Part shown: one piece after another, positions 19,126 to 30,775 of the stretch
Layout of the letters: every line of letters starts with the position of its first letter
How positions within the stretch are numbered: position 1 is the first letter of the stretch
Assembly (NCBI GenBank): GCA_937864035.1
Contig: CALMIO010000002.1
Location: 162,390 to 226,389 of the forward strand
Length of the DNA: 64,000 nt
Source of the DNA: an uncultured Pseudomonadota bacterium
Lineage (GTDB): Bacteria; Bdellovibrionota_C; UBA2361; CALMIO01
Direction of reading: 5' to 3'
The notes under the pieces: model-generated
Database searches by the model: none
Told to the model about the DNA's origin: nothing
The model's input: only the letters and a program-made list of their open reading frames with translations
Made by a program: the position numbers and the translations under genes

Positions 19126-19210
19126 ACAATCAAATAGCTCCTTTCCGATTTTTATCTATGTTTTTCCAAAAGATTTCTGATATTCTTGAAAACAATTAGT
19201 TATAAACAGG

Positions 19211-19471
19211 GTGCGCGTTATGCAATATTCTGATTTTAGAAAGTTAGCTTCAGTTTTACTTTCAACTTATGTCGGTTTTTTAATCTTTCTGCCATGGGTA
19301 AGCGCTGGACATCCAAGTTGGTTGCTTTACGTTGGTTTGGCACTTGGCGCGTTAATCGGTTTTAGACAAAGAAAGGTGACTTTTTTCTTTTATATTGTCC
19401 TTGCGGCCGCAACTCTTTTAACATTTTTGGTTTATCGTGAAATTTTTGCCCTTATTAAGGATACTTTTTAG
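19211..19471 (+). CDS. Small membrane protein (3 predicted TM helices)
   Basis: 86-aa hydrophobic ORF ending 7 nt before prfB. No family recognised. Confidence 0.4.
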   Translation: MRVMQYSDFRKLASVLLSTYVGFLIFLPWVSAGHPSWLLYVGLALGALIGFRQRKVTFFFYIVLAAATLLTFLVYREIFALIKDTF

Positions 19472-19477
19472 ATTAAA

Positions 19478-20591
19478 ATGTCTTTTGAATTTGAGAAAAC
19501 AAGATTATCCAGCGAACTAGTAACCTTAGCAGAGCGCGTTGTGGCTCTGGGGAGGTATCTTTGACATCGCCAATAAAGAGATTCGCCTAAAAGAACTATT
19601 GGCATCAGCTAACGACGAAAAGCTTTGGAGCGATCAAGAAAGAGCGAAATTGCTATTAAAAGAGCGTTCAGAGTTGCAAAGAGAGGTAGAACGCTATGAG
19701 CAACTTAACAAGTTAATAAAAGATGCCAAAACTTGTTTTGAGTTAGCCTTAGAAAGTCACGATTCCGATTTAGAAAAAGAGAGCATTGAACTGATTGCTA
19801 ATTTAAATAAGTTAGTATCGGAGCAGGAATTTCTCTGCAAAATGTCGGAACCCTTCGACTCACATAGCGCGATTTTAGAGATCAATTCCGGTTCTGGTGG
19901 GACAGAAGCGCAAGACTGGGCAGAAATGTTACTGAGAATGTATTTGCGTTGGGCGGAGCGCAAAGGATACAAACTTGAAGAGCTTGATTATCAATCCGGC
20001 GAAGGCGCCGGCATAAAAAGCGCCACTTTTTTTGTTGATGGAGCTTATGCTTATGGGTATCTTCGATCCGAACATGGAGTTCACAGGCTTGTGCGGATTT
20101 CTCCTTTTGATTCGAACGCTCGCAGACATACCTCCTTTGCTTCTGTCACAATTACTCCAGATATTGAAGAGGAGATTGAGATCAAAATTAACGAAAACGA
20201 TTTAAGAATTGATACTTATCGCGCTTCTGGCGCCGGTGGACAACATGTCAATAAAACTGATTCTGCCGTAAGAATTACTCATATGCCAACTGGGATAGTT
20301 GTTTGCTGTCAAAATGAGCGCTCTCAACATAAAAATAAACACCGTGCCATGCAAATTTTAAGAGCAAAACTTTACGAATTAGAACAGCGTCAGCAGGGCG
20401 AAAAAATCAAACAGGCAACGGGAGCAAAAATGGCGATTGATTTTGGCAACCAGATCCGCTCGTATGTTATGCAACCTTATCAGATGGTTAAAGATCTGCG
20501 CACTGACTTTGAAACCTCTAACGTCCAAGGAGTTTTAGACGGAGAGATTGATCAATTTATTGAAAGTTATTTGCTGGGCGCAAAAAAATAA
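19478..20591 (+). CDS. prfB: Peptide chain release factor 2 (programmed +1 frameshift)
   Basis: Frame 0: ATG 19478 ... GGG AGG TAT CTT TGA (stop 19562-19564). The +1 frame continues GAC... into the track ORF 19539..20591, which carries SPF and GGQ (RASGAGGQHVNKTDSAVR). Confidence 0.95.
19550..19565 (+). promoter_or_regulatory. prfB autoregulatory +1 frameshift site
   Basis: GGGAGG (internal SD) TAT CTT TGA C, near-identical to the E. coli AGGGGG TAT CTT TGA C site. Confidence 0.9.
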
Positions 20592-20651
20592 AATAAATGG
20601 ATACGGAGTGAATAGGGTAAAATCTTTCTGTTATTTTTACTAAAAACCCGT

Positions 20652-21500
20652 TTATTTTTTATATTTTCTAACAAGTTCAAGAAACTCTTCTGCGGCTTTT
20701 GCCGATGAGCTGGCGCAAAAAGAATTTCCCTTTTCTTGCCAAACAATATCACCTCGATCTATTCCAACAGCTACTCCTCCACCCTCTTTAATTAGAGTTG
20801 TTACTGGAAAAATATCCCAAACATTTGAATCATCAATTGGATCGATATTTGCCACTAAATTTAGCTTATTTTCGGCGAACAATTTTGCTACATAAGCAGA
20901 AGCCATAAAGGGATATTGCTGATGATCAAGAAGGTTTGTTTTGGTTTTAAGATCGTTTTGAAATAACTGAGCTCTATCAGGAGAGAAACAGCTGGAAACT
21001 CCCCAAACGCGAGAGGTCAGTTGAAGTAGCGTTTGATTTTTAGATGAAAAGTCTAATTTTTTTTCTTTTTTACTTTTAGGATCAAGCTCGGTAGCTCCCT
21101 TGTCCTTTGCGGCAAAAAGTAACGAAGAATAATCCGGAAGATAGATGCAAGAAGCATCATTATTGCTCCCAGAGTACCAAGCTATCATAATCCCCCACTC
21201 TTTTGATTGTCCATCAGCGTAAACTTTCGTTCCATCAATCGGATCAATGATAAATGTTTCTGGCGAAAGTTTTGTTTTTGTTCCTTCTTCCGCAAAAATT
21301 TTAGCAGTCGGAAAGGTTTCTTTTATTTTTTGACAGATAAAATTTTCAACTTCAATATCAGATGCGGTGGCAAAATCCCCTTCTGTGCCTTTAATAATTC
21401 TTTGCTCCCGGGCCGGCGTTGAACGCAATCTAACCGCCAAATCACCTGCGCTTACAACGGTTTCTTTTAAAAAATCAGATATTTTATTAAGGTTAATCAT
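20652..21500 (-). CDS. Inositol monophosphatase family protein (SuhB/CysQ-like)
   Basis: FAEEGT, IIDPIDGT and WDI motifs. Confidence 0.8.
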   Translation of the reverse strand: MINLNKISDFLKETVVSAGDLAVRLRSTPAREQRIIKGTEGDFATASDIEVENFICQKIKETFPTAKIFAEEGTKTKLSPETFIIDPIDGTKVYADGQSKEWGIMIAWYSGSNNDASCIYLPDYSSLLFAAKDKGATELDPKSKKEKKLDFSSKNQTLLQLTSRVWGVSSCFSPDRAQLFQNDLKTKTNLLDHQQYPFMASAYVAKLFAENKLNLVANIDPIDDSNVWDIFPVTTLIKEGGGVAVGIDRGDIVWQEKGNSFCASSSAKAAEEFLELVRKYKK

Positions 21501-21722
21501 AAAACAATGTTTTATTTTTAGGGAACATATTCTTGAGTAATTATAATTAAAATTCTATCTTTGGTGCCACCCTCTTTTTTCAAAAAGCTCTTTTATAAAA
21601 TTGGGATATTTCAAAACAAAAAAACAAGCAAATATAAATACTTACACAAAACAATCATTTTGACTGAAATAATTTATTCAAAAGCTGTTCGACAGTATGA
21701 TATTACAACTTTATAATACACG

Positions 21723-21746
21723 CTTACTTTTCACGTGGAAAGTAAG
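21723..21746. promoter_or_regulatory. parS-like palindrome 1
   Basis: CTTACTTTTCACGTGGAAAGTAAG, a 24-bp palindrome with one mismatched pair and a CACGTG core. The left half TTTTCAC resembles the canonical parS half-site GTTTCAC. Confidence 0.5.
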
Positions 21747-21832
21747 ATACTACTTTTAATTAACTAACCATCAAAAGATAATCCAACAAATTATTAATTA
21801 GAATTTGGCTTTAAATATCAGATTTTTAAAAG

Positions 21833-21846
21833 TTTCCACGTGGAAA
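21833..21846. promoter_or_regulatory. parS-like palindrome 2
   Basis: TTTCCACGTGGAAA, a perfect 14-bp palindrome 140 bp upstream of parA. Confidence 0.5.
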
Positions 21847-21985
21847 ATATAGGTATCAAATTTAGAGATATAGCTTTGATTTTTCTCTTGTACACTGTAT
21901 CCAATTGATGATAATTAATAATTAAACAGTTAGAAGATAATTTATTGCTTTAAAATTTGCAAAAATTTTTATTATTACCAAAAAC

Positions 21986-22798
21986 ATGCTTGTCATAGGT
22001 TTTTGCAATCAAAAAGGTGGAGTCGGCAAAACAACCAGCGCCATTAACCTTTCAGCTGAATTTGCAAATTTAGGTTATAAAATACTCTTGGTAGATCTTG
22101 ATCCACAAGGTAGTGCCAGCAGTGGCTTGGGTGTCGATGTCAAAGACAAAAATGACAATAGGGCAGACATATATAATTTATTTTTTGGCGAAACAACCAT
22201 AGAAGAATTAATTCTCCCATCAACAGTTCAAAATTTAGATGTTGTGCCTTCAAATCCAGATCTAGTTGGTCTTGAAATCGAAATAGGAAAAAAACCTGGC
22301 AGAGAGTTAATATTGAGAAGCCAACTTATATCTCTAAAAGATAGATATGATCTCGTGTTTATAGATTGCCCACCTTCTTCCGGGTTGTTAACTTTAAACG
22401 CCATGGGAGCAGCTGATGGTCTTCTGGTCCCATTACAAACTGAATATTATGCACTAGAAGGAATCTCTGCTCTTATGAACACGCTAAATTTTGTAAAACA
22501 AACCTTTAATCCAAATTTATATATCTTGGGCGTGTTTTTGACTATGTATGATAGCAGGACAAAGCTTTCGGCTCAGGTAGCTGAAGAAGCTCGAAAATTT
22601 TTCAATCAAATTTTGTTTAGAGAGGTTATTCCAAGAAATATTAAAATCTCAGAAAGTCCAAGCCACGGTATGCCAATTAGAGAATACGATCCAAACTCAA
22701 CTGGGGCATTGGCTTATTACAAATTAGCAAAAGAGATTGAAAGCAGATTAATAGAGCAGTTCGGAATTTCATCTGAACAGAAAACTATAGCTGTTTAA
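21986..22798 (+). CDS. parA: Chromosome partitioning ATPase ParA/Soj
   Basis: Deviant Walker A NQKGGVGKTT, plus DLDPQGS and IDCPPS motifs. Confidence 0.9.
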   Translation: MLVIGFCNQKGGVGKTTSAINLSAEFANLGYKILLVDLDPQGSASSGLGVDVKDKNDNRADIYNLFFGETTIEELILPSTVQNLDVVPSNPDLVGLEIEIGKKPGRELILRSQLISLKDRYDLVFIDCPPSSGLLTLNAMGAADGLLVPLQTEYYALEGISALMNTLNFVKQTFNPNLYILGVFLTMYDSRTKLSAQVAEEARKFFNQILFREVIPRNIKISESPSHGMPIREYDPNSTGALAYYKLAKEIESRLIEQFGISSEQKTIAV

Positions 22799-22829
22799 AT
22801 TTATAACATATTGAATTTTCTATATTTTT

Positions 22830-23864
22830 ATGAAGAATGTTGCTAAAAAGGGGGGTAAGCAGGTTTTGGGAAGAGGGCTTAGCTCTTTAATATCAACTCC
22901 TATATTTTCTAATCCTGTACCAGTTTCAGTCAAAATGGGAACAAAAGATGAAAATACAACAGAACTTCAACTAAAAACATTAAAGAATGGTGAAGATAAC
23001 TTAATTAACTCAAAAATCGAAGTGACCGAACAAAATCACTTTTATAATCGTCTCTTTTATCTACCCCTTAACGAAATAACTAATAATCCAAAGCAACCTA
23101 GACAAAGTTTTTCAGAATCAGAGCTTAATGAGCTAATAAAATCAATCAAACAAAATGGGGTTCTGCAACCTATACTCGTGCGCCCCAACATGGATCAATC
23201 AAATCAAGATTTTAAATATCAAATAGTAGCCGGAGAAAGAAGATGGCGAGCCTCAAAGGAAGCTGGTCTAAAAACAATTCCTTGCTTAATTTTCGAAATC
23301 GACGATAAGGCGGCTTTAGAGATAGCTCTGGTCGAAAACGTGCAGAGGGCGGATTTAAACCCGATTGAAATCGCTCGCGGTTACGAAAAGCTGTTAAATG
23401 ATTTTTCTATGACTCTCTCTGAGATCTCAGAGCGCGTTGGTAGGGAGCCAAGTACTATATCAAATTTCATAAGACTACTTAAACTACCTCAAGAAGTTGT
23501 AGTAATGGTGGAAACGGGTACTCTAACAATGGGACACGCTCGGGCTATTTTAACAATTAAGGAACCATCGGCTCAAATCAGCTTGGCAAAAAAGGTAATA
23601 GCCGAGAATCTCTCCGTGAGGGCTCTAGAAACAATAGTTTCTAGGGTGGTAGTTTTAGATAAGGGCTCTCATAGGCAGATGACAAAGCGGCGTAAATCAA
23701 TTAAGGAGGGCGCTTATCCAGAGATTTGCGAACGACTTAGATCAAAATTTGCCACAAAGGTTTCTATCAATTCTTATTCTCCCGGCAAAGGAAAAATAGA
23801 GATCGAATTTTTCTCGGAAGGAGAGTTGGAAAGATTGGTCGAGCTTATGGATCCAAGGGATTAA
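22830..23864 (+). CDS. parB: Chromosome partitioning protein ParB/Spo0J
   Basis: NPKQPRQ, GVLQPILVR and IVAGERRWRASKEAGL (ParB box), followed by an HTH region. About 75-aa N-terminal extension. Confidence 0.9.
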   Translation: MKNVAKKGGKQVLGRGLSSLISTPIFSNPVPVSVKMGTKDENTTELQLKTLKNGEDNLINSKIEVTEQNHFYNRLFYLPLNEITNNPKQPRQSFSESELNELIKSIKQNGVLQPILVRPNMDQSNQDFKYQIVAGERRWRASKEAGLKTIPCLIFEIDDKAALEIALVENVQRADLNPIEIARGYEKLLNDFSMTLSEISERVGREPSTISNFIRLLKLPQEVVVMVETGTLTMGHARAILTIKEPSAQISLAKKVIAENLSVRALETIVSRVVVLDKGSHRQMTKRRKSIKEGAYPEICERLRSKFATKVSINSYSPGKGKIEIEFFSEGELERLVELMDPRD

Positions 23865-24007
23865 ATTTATCATAATTCCTTGAAAATAAGTAAAAAATTC
23901 TTGCGCTTTGCAATACAGGGTGTAAAGTAGTAAGTAAGGGTAAGTTTTTTATAAAAGAGTTTGATAATTTACGTTTAGATAAATTTTTATTTTTGGAGAG
24001 ATAGATT

Positions 24008-24811
24008 ATGCCATTTGGTTGGAATGAGTCCGGGAAAAAAGATAGAGAAGATTCGGCTCAAAGCTCAAGCGCTAAAGATAGTGGTCGTGGATTAACGTTT
24101 TTATCGGCTGTTTCAGGTGGAACTTCAACTGGGCAAGGTTCTGCAACTCAATCTGCACAACTCTTTGCAAATTTGTCGAGTGCAAAGATCTCTACTGTAA
24201 TTGGCGCAAACGTAAAGATTGTCGGCAAATTAACTTTTAACGAATCCGTAGAGATCGATGGCAAAGTAGAAGGAGATATGACTTCAACAGATCTTTTAGC
24301 AATCGGAGAAAACGGTGATATCACCGGCAACATTGATGGAGCCGAAGTAGTCGTCAAAGGAAAACTTAAAGGAGACATTAAAGCAACGAAAAGGGTCGCA
24401 TTAAGAAAAAATGCTAAAGTAACTGGCAATATCTCCTCTCCAACTTTAAGTATTGAGGAGGGGGCTGTTTTTGAGGGACGTTGTGCAATGGCTTTTCAAA
24501 ATCAAACAGCTACCAAAACAGAGGTTGAGAAAGAGAAAAGTTATACAGCCAGCTCATCAACCACCACAACAACAAGTGGTATTGAGGTTAATTCTCAAAG
24601 AACCCAGGCTGGACAGCAAGCCACAGGGACTACTAACACAGCAACTCAACAATCAGGTAAAGCAAGCTCAACAACAAGCTTGTTCGGTTCTCTCATGACA
24701 ACAGCTAGCGTCCCTCAGCAAAACAAACACAACGAGCCTTCAGCGGCTGGCAGTCGCGCTATTTTACTTGAAAGCGTGGCCGTTAATAACAAAGAGGAAA
24801 AAAAGGAATAA
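24008..24811 (+). CDS. Bactofilin with long Ser/Thr/Gln-rich C-terminal tail
   Basis: Repetitive beta-helix pattern (VKIVGKLTFNESVEIDGKVEGDM...VVVKGKLKGDIKATKRVALRKNAKVTGNISSPTLSIEEGAVFEGRC) typical of DUF583/bactofilin. GGAGAG SD upstream. Confidence 0.85.
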   Translation: MPFGWNESGKKDREDSAQSSSAKDSGRGLTFLSAVSGGTSTGQGSATQSAQLFANLSSAKISTVIGANVKIVGKLTFNESVEIDGKVEGDMTSTDLLAIGENGDITGNIDGAEVVVKGKLKGDIKATKRVALRKNAKVTGNISSPTLSIEEGAVFEGRCAMAFQNQTATKTEVEKEKSYTASSSTTTTTSGIEVNSQRTQAGQQATGTTNTATQQSGKASSTTSLFGSLMTTASVPQQNKHNEPSAAGSRAILLESVAVNNKEEKKE

Positions 24812-24817
24812 TTCGAA

Positions 24818-24850
24818 GGGGGTAATTTGGCTGATAATTACCCCTTTATA
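24818..24850 (+). terminator. Intrinsic terminator after the bactofilin gene
   Basis: GGGGTAATT-tggctgat-AATTACCCC (9-bp stem) followed by TTTATA. Confidence 0.7.
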
Positions 24851-24968
24851 AGAATCATAATCATTATTTACTATGAAACTATTGAGAGATTTTTTCTCTC
24901 TTAGTATTCTCTCCATTTTACTCTTACTTTAATATTACTTGTTACTAAAGAATCAAACAGACTAAGCA

Positions 24969-25439
24969 GTGGATAATTTCGCCGCTATATTAAAAAATTT
25001 TGATATTACTCCTTTTGATTTGGGGGCAATCATTTTTTTCGCCCTGACTTTTATCCTGTTCATCAAAAGTTTAAATGTTTTTTTTATTAAACCTTTTAGC
25101 GAATTGTTAGCCGCCCGAGAATCGGCGACTAGCGGCAGAGAGCGAGAAATTATTGAAAAAAGGGAATTTATAGAAAACCTAGAGATAGATTTTAATCAAC
25201 AACTGCAGCAAGCTCGCAAAGAGGCGGAGCTCGCAAAAAGCGAGATTATTTTCGCCGCGCGAAAAAAAGCAACCGAGATTGTTGATAGAGCTCAAAAAGA
25301 AGGGGAACGGTTGGTGTCAGAAGGAAGGCGCGAACTCTCTCTCTTGGAACCAGAGTATAAACAAGCTTTAAACGCTCAATTGCAAAGTTTAGCTGAACTT
25401 GCTAGTCAAAAAATTTTAGGAGAATTTGTCGGTGAATAA
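24969..25439 (+). CDS. atpF2: F0 ATP synthase subunit b' (b-like)
   Basis: Single N-terminal TM helix plus a long charged coiled coil. First gene of the atp block. GTG start. Confidence 0.65.
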   Translation: MDNFAAILKNFDITPFDLGAIIFFALTFILFIKSLNVFFIKPFSELLAARESATSGREREIIEKREFIENLEIDFNQQLQQARKEAELAKSEIIFAARKKATEIVDRAQKEGERLVSEGRRELSLLEPEYKQALNAQLQSLAELASQKILGEFVGE

Positions 25440-26001
25440 AGCTGTAAGGCTCTATAACATAACGATTGTAATTCTAGCGCAATTGATCCTTTTTGAACCA
25501 CTGCTTTGGGCATCTGAAAGCCACTCCGCCCCCGAGCTGGGAGTTTACTGGGTTAATTTTTTAATCTATATTACGGCTCTTTACCTGATTCTCAGAAAAC
25601 CTCTGTCAAAAACTTGGTCAAGTAGAAGAGAAGCGTTGATCAAAGAAGTCTCTCGGTTAGCAGTTGAGCTCAATAGTATAGAGGGAGATCTAAGAAAGAC
25701 TCAGTTTAAAATGCGCTCTCTAGCAGAGGAAAAAGAGAGGCTTAAAAAAAATATTTTTGAGCAGGCTGAAAGTGAAGCAAACGAAATAATAAAAAGCGCT
25801 GAAAGAAGGGCTGGGGCGATAATAACGAACGCAAAATCAATCATAGAGATTGAAAAGCGAGCTATGGTTAGTCGCCAGAAAAATCGACTAGCCGAAACAA
25901 TCGCCTTGTCAGTTGAAAAAATAATTGCTGACAAGCTGACTCCTGCGGCTGAAAAAAACATTCTAAAAAAAGCGTTAAACAATTTGGAGGCATTAAATTA
26001 A
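25426..26001 (+). CDS. atpF: F0 ATP synthase subunit b
   Basis: One TM helix followed by a long charged helix. Overlaps b' and precedes delta. Confidence 0.7.
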   Translation: MSVNKAVRLYNITIVILAQLILFEPLLWASESHSAPELGVYWVNFLIYITALYLILRKPLSKTWSSRREALIKEVSRLAVELNSIEGDLRKTQFKMRSLAEEKERLKKNIFEQAESEANEIIKSAERRAGAIITNAKSIIEIEKRAMVSRQKNRLAETIALSVEKIIADKLTPAAEKNILKKALNNLEALN

Positions 26002-26022
26002 CCAAAACAATCTTCAGAAGCC

Positions 26023-26586
26023 ATGAAATCAAACAAAATAGCGAAAAAATACGCCAGAGCGCTCTTTGACACGACAGAACTTGCTAACCTTGAATTTGTC
26101 GAGGAAAAATTCAAAGAACTGATCGAAATCTGGAATTCAACGCCTGATTTAAAATTATCGTTAACAAATCGATCGATTAATAGCTCAGAGCGGGAAGAGT
26201 TGGTGAAAAAGTTCACCGAAACTTTAAACGCCAAAGAAATTTTCACAAGGTTCTGTTCTTCATTGTTAAATCGTGGCCGAATTACTCTTTTACCGGAAAT
26301 ATGGGAGGAATTTCAAAGGTTACTTAACGCCCACAAGAAATTAAAACATGTGGAAGTAACGTCAGCTCGCGATTTAACTACCGACGAGCAAGAAGAAATA
26401 AAAGAAAATTTAGAATCAAAATTCGCGGCTCAAACCAAAATAAGTTGGAAAATAGATAAAAATCTTATTAGCGGCATCAAGATTAAAATTGGAGATCGTT
26501 TGATAGACGCCAGCGCAAAAAAATTTATCGATGATTTAAGGGTGGCTCTCGCGAATGTTGATTATAACAGCAAAAAAAATATTTAA
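26023..26586 (+). CDS. atpH: F1 ATP synthase subunit delta (OSCP)
   Basis: IAKKYARALFD N-terminus, the expected size, and its position between b and alpha. Confidence 0.8.
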   Translation: MKSNKIAKKYARALFDTTELANLEFVEEKFKELIEIWNSTPDLKLSLTNRSINSSEREELVKKFTETLNAKEIFTRFCSSLLNRGRITLLPEIWEEFQRLLNAHKKLKHVEVTSARDLTTDEQEEIKENLESKFAAQTKISWKIDKNLISGIKIKIGDRLIDASAKKFIDDLRVALANVDYNSKKNI

Positions 26587-26662
26587 AGGGTTGTGTTTTT
26601 TATAAAAACTATCATAGTAAGTTTTAAAAAATGATTGATTTAAAATTTTAAGGAGCTCAAAA

Positions 26663-28297
26663 ATGGCTAGTAACGTTTCTGAAATAACAGAACTGATTAA
26701 AAAACAAATTGCGAACTATGCGCCAAGCGCCGAATTAAACGAGACTGGAACAGTAATCTCAGTTGGAGATGGCATCTGCAGAATTTACGGTTTATCAGAG
26801 ATCGCTTCCGGTGAATTGATTCAGTTTCAAAGTGGTATCAAGGGCATCGCTTTCAATCTTGAAGAAGATAACGTCGGCGCTGTTCTAATGGGAGAAAGCA
26901 AGCTCGTTAACGAAGGTGATGTTTGTAAACGCACTGGCAAAATAGCCGAAATTCCCGTCGGTGAAGCCTTACTGGGGCGAGTCGTTGACGCGCTTGGAGC
27001 GCCGATAGATGGCTTTGGAGAAATAAATTCAAGCGAATATCGCCGCATAGAGGTTAAAGCTCCCGGCATAGTCAAGCGAAAATCCGTTCATGAGCCGATG
27101 CAAACGGGATTAAAATCCATAGACTCAATGACTCCTGTCGGCAGGGGACAAAGAGAATTGATTATTGGTGACAAAAAAACAGGCAAAACAGCGGTTGCTC
27201 TCGATACTATTATAAATCAAAAAGGAAATGGGGTTATTTGTATCTACGTGGCAATCGGACAAAAGCGATCTTCGGTGGCGCAGGTTGTAGAAAAACTTCG
27301 CGAACACGGGGCTATGGAACACACGATCGTAGTGGCGGCAACCGCCTCCGAGCCCGCGCCGCTTTCATTTTTAGCTCCTTATACCGGATGCACAATCGGC
27401 GAGTATTTTATGAACAAAGGAAAACACGCCTTAGTTGTTTATGACGATCTTTCAAAACACGCAGTTGCTTACAGAAGCGTCTCGTTATTGTTACGCAGAC
27501 CGCCGGGCCGAGAAGCGTATCCGGGAGATGTCTTCTATCTTCATTCAAGATTGCTAGAAAGAGCGGCTAAACTTAGCGACGCAATGGGTGGTGGTTCCTT
27601 GACTGCTCTGCCGATTATCGAAACTCTTGAAGGAGATGTATCCGCTTATATTCCCACTAACGTTATTTCGATTACCGATGGACAGATCTATCTTCGTTCG
27701 GCTCTTTTTAACTCTGGGGTGCGACCTGCTGTTGACGTTGGATTGTCCGTATCTCGTGTTGGTGGGGCGGCTCAAGTTAAAGCCATGAAAAAAGTTGCCG
27801 GAACTCTCAGGCTTGATTTGGCGCAATTTCGGGAAAAACAAGCTTTCGCCCAATTCGGTTCGGATTTAGACGCGGCGACTAAAGCTCAATTGGCGCGCGG
27901 TGAGCGGCTTGTTGAAATTCTCAAGCAGGATCAATACAAACCCATGCCGGTTGAACTTCAAGTTATCTCCATTTTCGCGGTTAACAAGGGGTTCGCGGAT
28001 CGTCTTCCGGTAGCAGATATTTTACGTTTCGAAAATCATCTGCATAATTTCTTAAAAAATAAACACTCTGAACTCCTAAATGAGTTAAGAGGAAAGGGGG
28101 AGCTCTCAAAAGATCTGGAGTTAAAATTAGAGCAATCGATCAAGCTTGCTTTATCAGAGTTTGACGCAGGCATCGATGGTTCCAATCCGCGACTTCAAAA
28201 CCAACCTACTAATCTCCAATCATCGAATGGGAATCAACCTAATAAACAACTCAAGGTTCAAAACGTTTCTCATCTATCGAAAACGGCGTCTGTTTAG
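26663..28297 (+). CDS. atpA: F1 ATP synthase subunit alpha
   Basis: P-loop [18 protein letters not shown] and highly conserved alpha-subunit sequence throughout. Carries a roughly 40-aa Q/N-rich C-terminal extension. Confidence 0.95.
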   Translation: MASNVSEITELIKKQIANYAPSAELNETGTVISVGDGICRIYGLSEIASGELIQFQSGIKGIAFNLEEDNVGAVLMGESKLVNEGDVCKRTGKIAEIPVGEALLGRVVDALGAPIDGFGEINSSEYRRIEVKAPGIVKRKSVHEPMQTGLKSIDSMTPVGRGQRELIIGDKKTGKTAVALDTIINQKGNGVICIYVAIGQKRSSVAQVVEKLREHGAMEHTIVVAATASEPAPLSFLAPYTGCTIGEYFMNKGKHALVVYDDLSKHAVAYRSVSLLLRRPPGREAYPGDVFYLHSRLLERAAKLSDAMGGGSLTALPIIETLEGDVSAYIPTNVISITDGQIYLRSALFNSGVRPAVDVGLSVSRVGGAAQVKAMKKVAGTLRLDLAQFREKQAFAQFGSDLDAATKAQLARGERLVEILKQDQYKPMPVELQVISIFAVNKGFADRLPVADILRFENHLHNFLKNKHSELLNELRGKGELSKDLELKLEQSIKLALSEFDAGIDGSNPRLQNQPTNLQSSNGNQPNKQLKVQNVSHLSKTASV

Positions 28298-28331
28298 GTT
28301 GTCATTTGGAAAATTTTTGCTCTAGTTAATT

Positions 28332-29264
28332 ATGGCAAATTACAGAGATTACGTTAGAAGAGTTGCTTCGGTTAAAAACACCAAAAAAATTACTTATGCC
28401 ATGAAACTGGTAGCGGCGGCAAAAATGAAACGGGCTCAAGACGCCGCTTTGACTGCCAGAGAATACACAGCTGAATTGGCTAATTCTCTTGATAAAGCTC
28501 TCAGCGCCGGTGAATTTAATCCAGAAAATATTAAGTTAGCCCAATCAAAAAAAACTACCAGCAAAATCGGACTAATAGTAATTGGCACTAATCGCGGCTT
28601 ATGTGGAGGCTTTAACACTAACTTAAATAAAAAACTTGATCTGGCTCTTTCGGAGTTAAAAGAAAATTTTCCGGAGGCCAAAATAGAAATTACGATCTTA
28701 TCTCGCAAAGCGGCAGAATATTGTAGAAGAAGGGGGCATGCTTATATCGAAAGCTATGAAGAATTGCCGGAAGATCCCATAAATTGGCCCACAAAAGATA
28801 TCGCGCAAAGTTTAATCAAAAAGTTTTTAAATAATGAGCTGGATCGCGCTTATATATTATATTCTGAATTCAAATCTACCTTGACCCAAGTTCCCACCCT
28901 AAAACAGCTACTGCCTTTCTCTTTTGAAAGCTTGCGATCTTTATCTAATACTTTAGGAGGAGAAAACGAAAAAAATAATTCTTTCCAAAAGATCAAAAAC
29001 ATAAAAATTATTTTCGAGCCGGATCCACAAGGTGTTGCTGATAATTTAATGCCAAAACTCGTCAGATCTCAGATTTTAAACGCAGCTCTTGAGGTTAAAG
29101 CTGGTGAATATAGTAGTAGAATGAGGGCCATGGACGCAGCAACCAGAAACGCTAACGACCTGATTAAAAAACTGCAATTAACCGCTAATAGATTACGCCA
29201 ATCCGGCATCACCTCTCAATTGCTCGACATATTGGGCGGAGCCGAAGCTTTAAAAGAAAATTAA
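28332..29264 (+). CDS. atpG: F1 ATP synthase subunit gamma
   Basis: N-terminal IKNTKKITYAMKLVAAAKMKRAQ and C-terminal ITSQLLDILGGAEAL. Confidence 0.9.
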   Translation: MANYRDYVRRVASVKNTKKITYAMKLVAAAKMKRAQDAALTAREYTAELANSLDKALSAGEFNPENIKLAQSKKTTSKIGLIVIGTNRGLCGGFNTNLNKKLDLALSELKENFPEAKIEITILSRKAAEYCRRRGHAYIESYEELPEDPINWPTKDIAQSLIKKFLNNELDRAYILYSEFKSTLTQVPTLKQLLPFSFESLRSLSNTLGGENEKNNSFQKIKNIKIIFEPDPQGVADNLMPKLVRSQILNAALEVKAGEYSSRMRAMDAATRNANDLIKKLQLTANRLRQSGITSQLLDILGGAEALKEN

Positions 29265-29283
29265 TTAATTTTATTTTTTATAA

Positions 29284-30750
<1,467 letters not shown>

Positions 30751-30775
30751 TTTTCTTGATTTTTGCGGATAGTTT

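Noticed and set aside
21501-21985. Calling this AT-rich spacer oriC.
   Set aside because: No dnaA/dnaN nearby. Only degenerate DnaA-box-like words are present (TAATCCAAC, GTATCCAAT). This cannot be judged without GC skew or a genome-wide box search.
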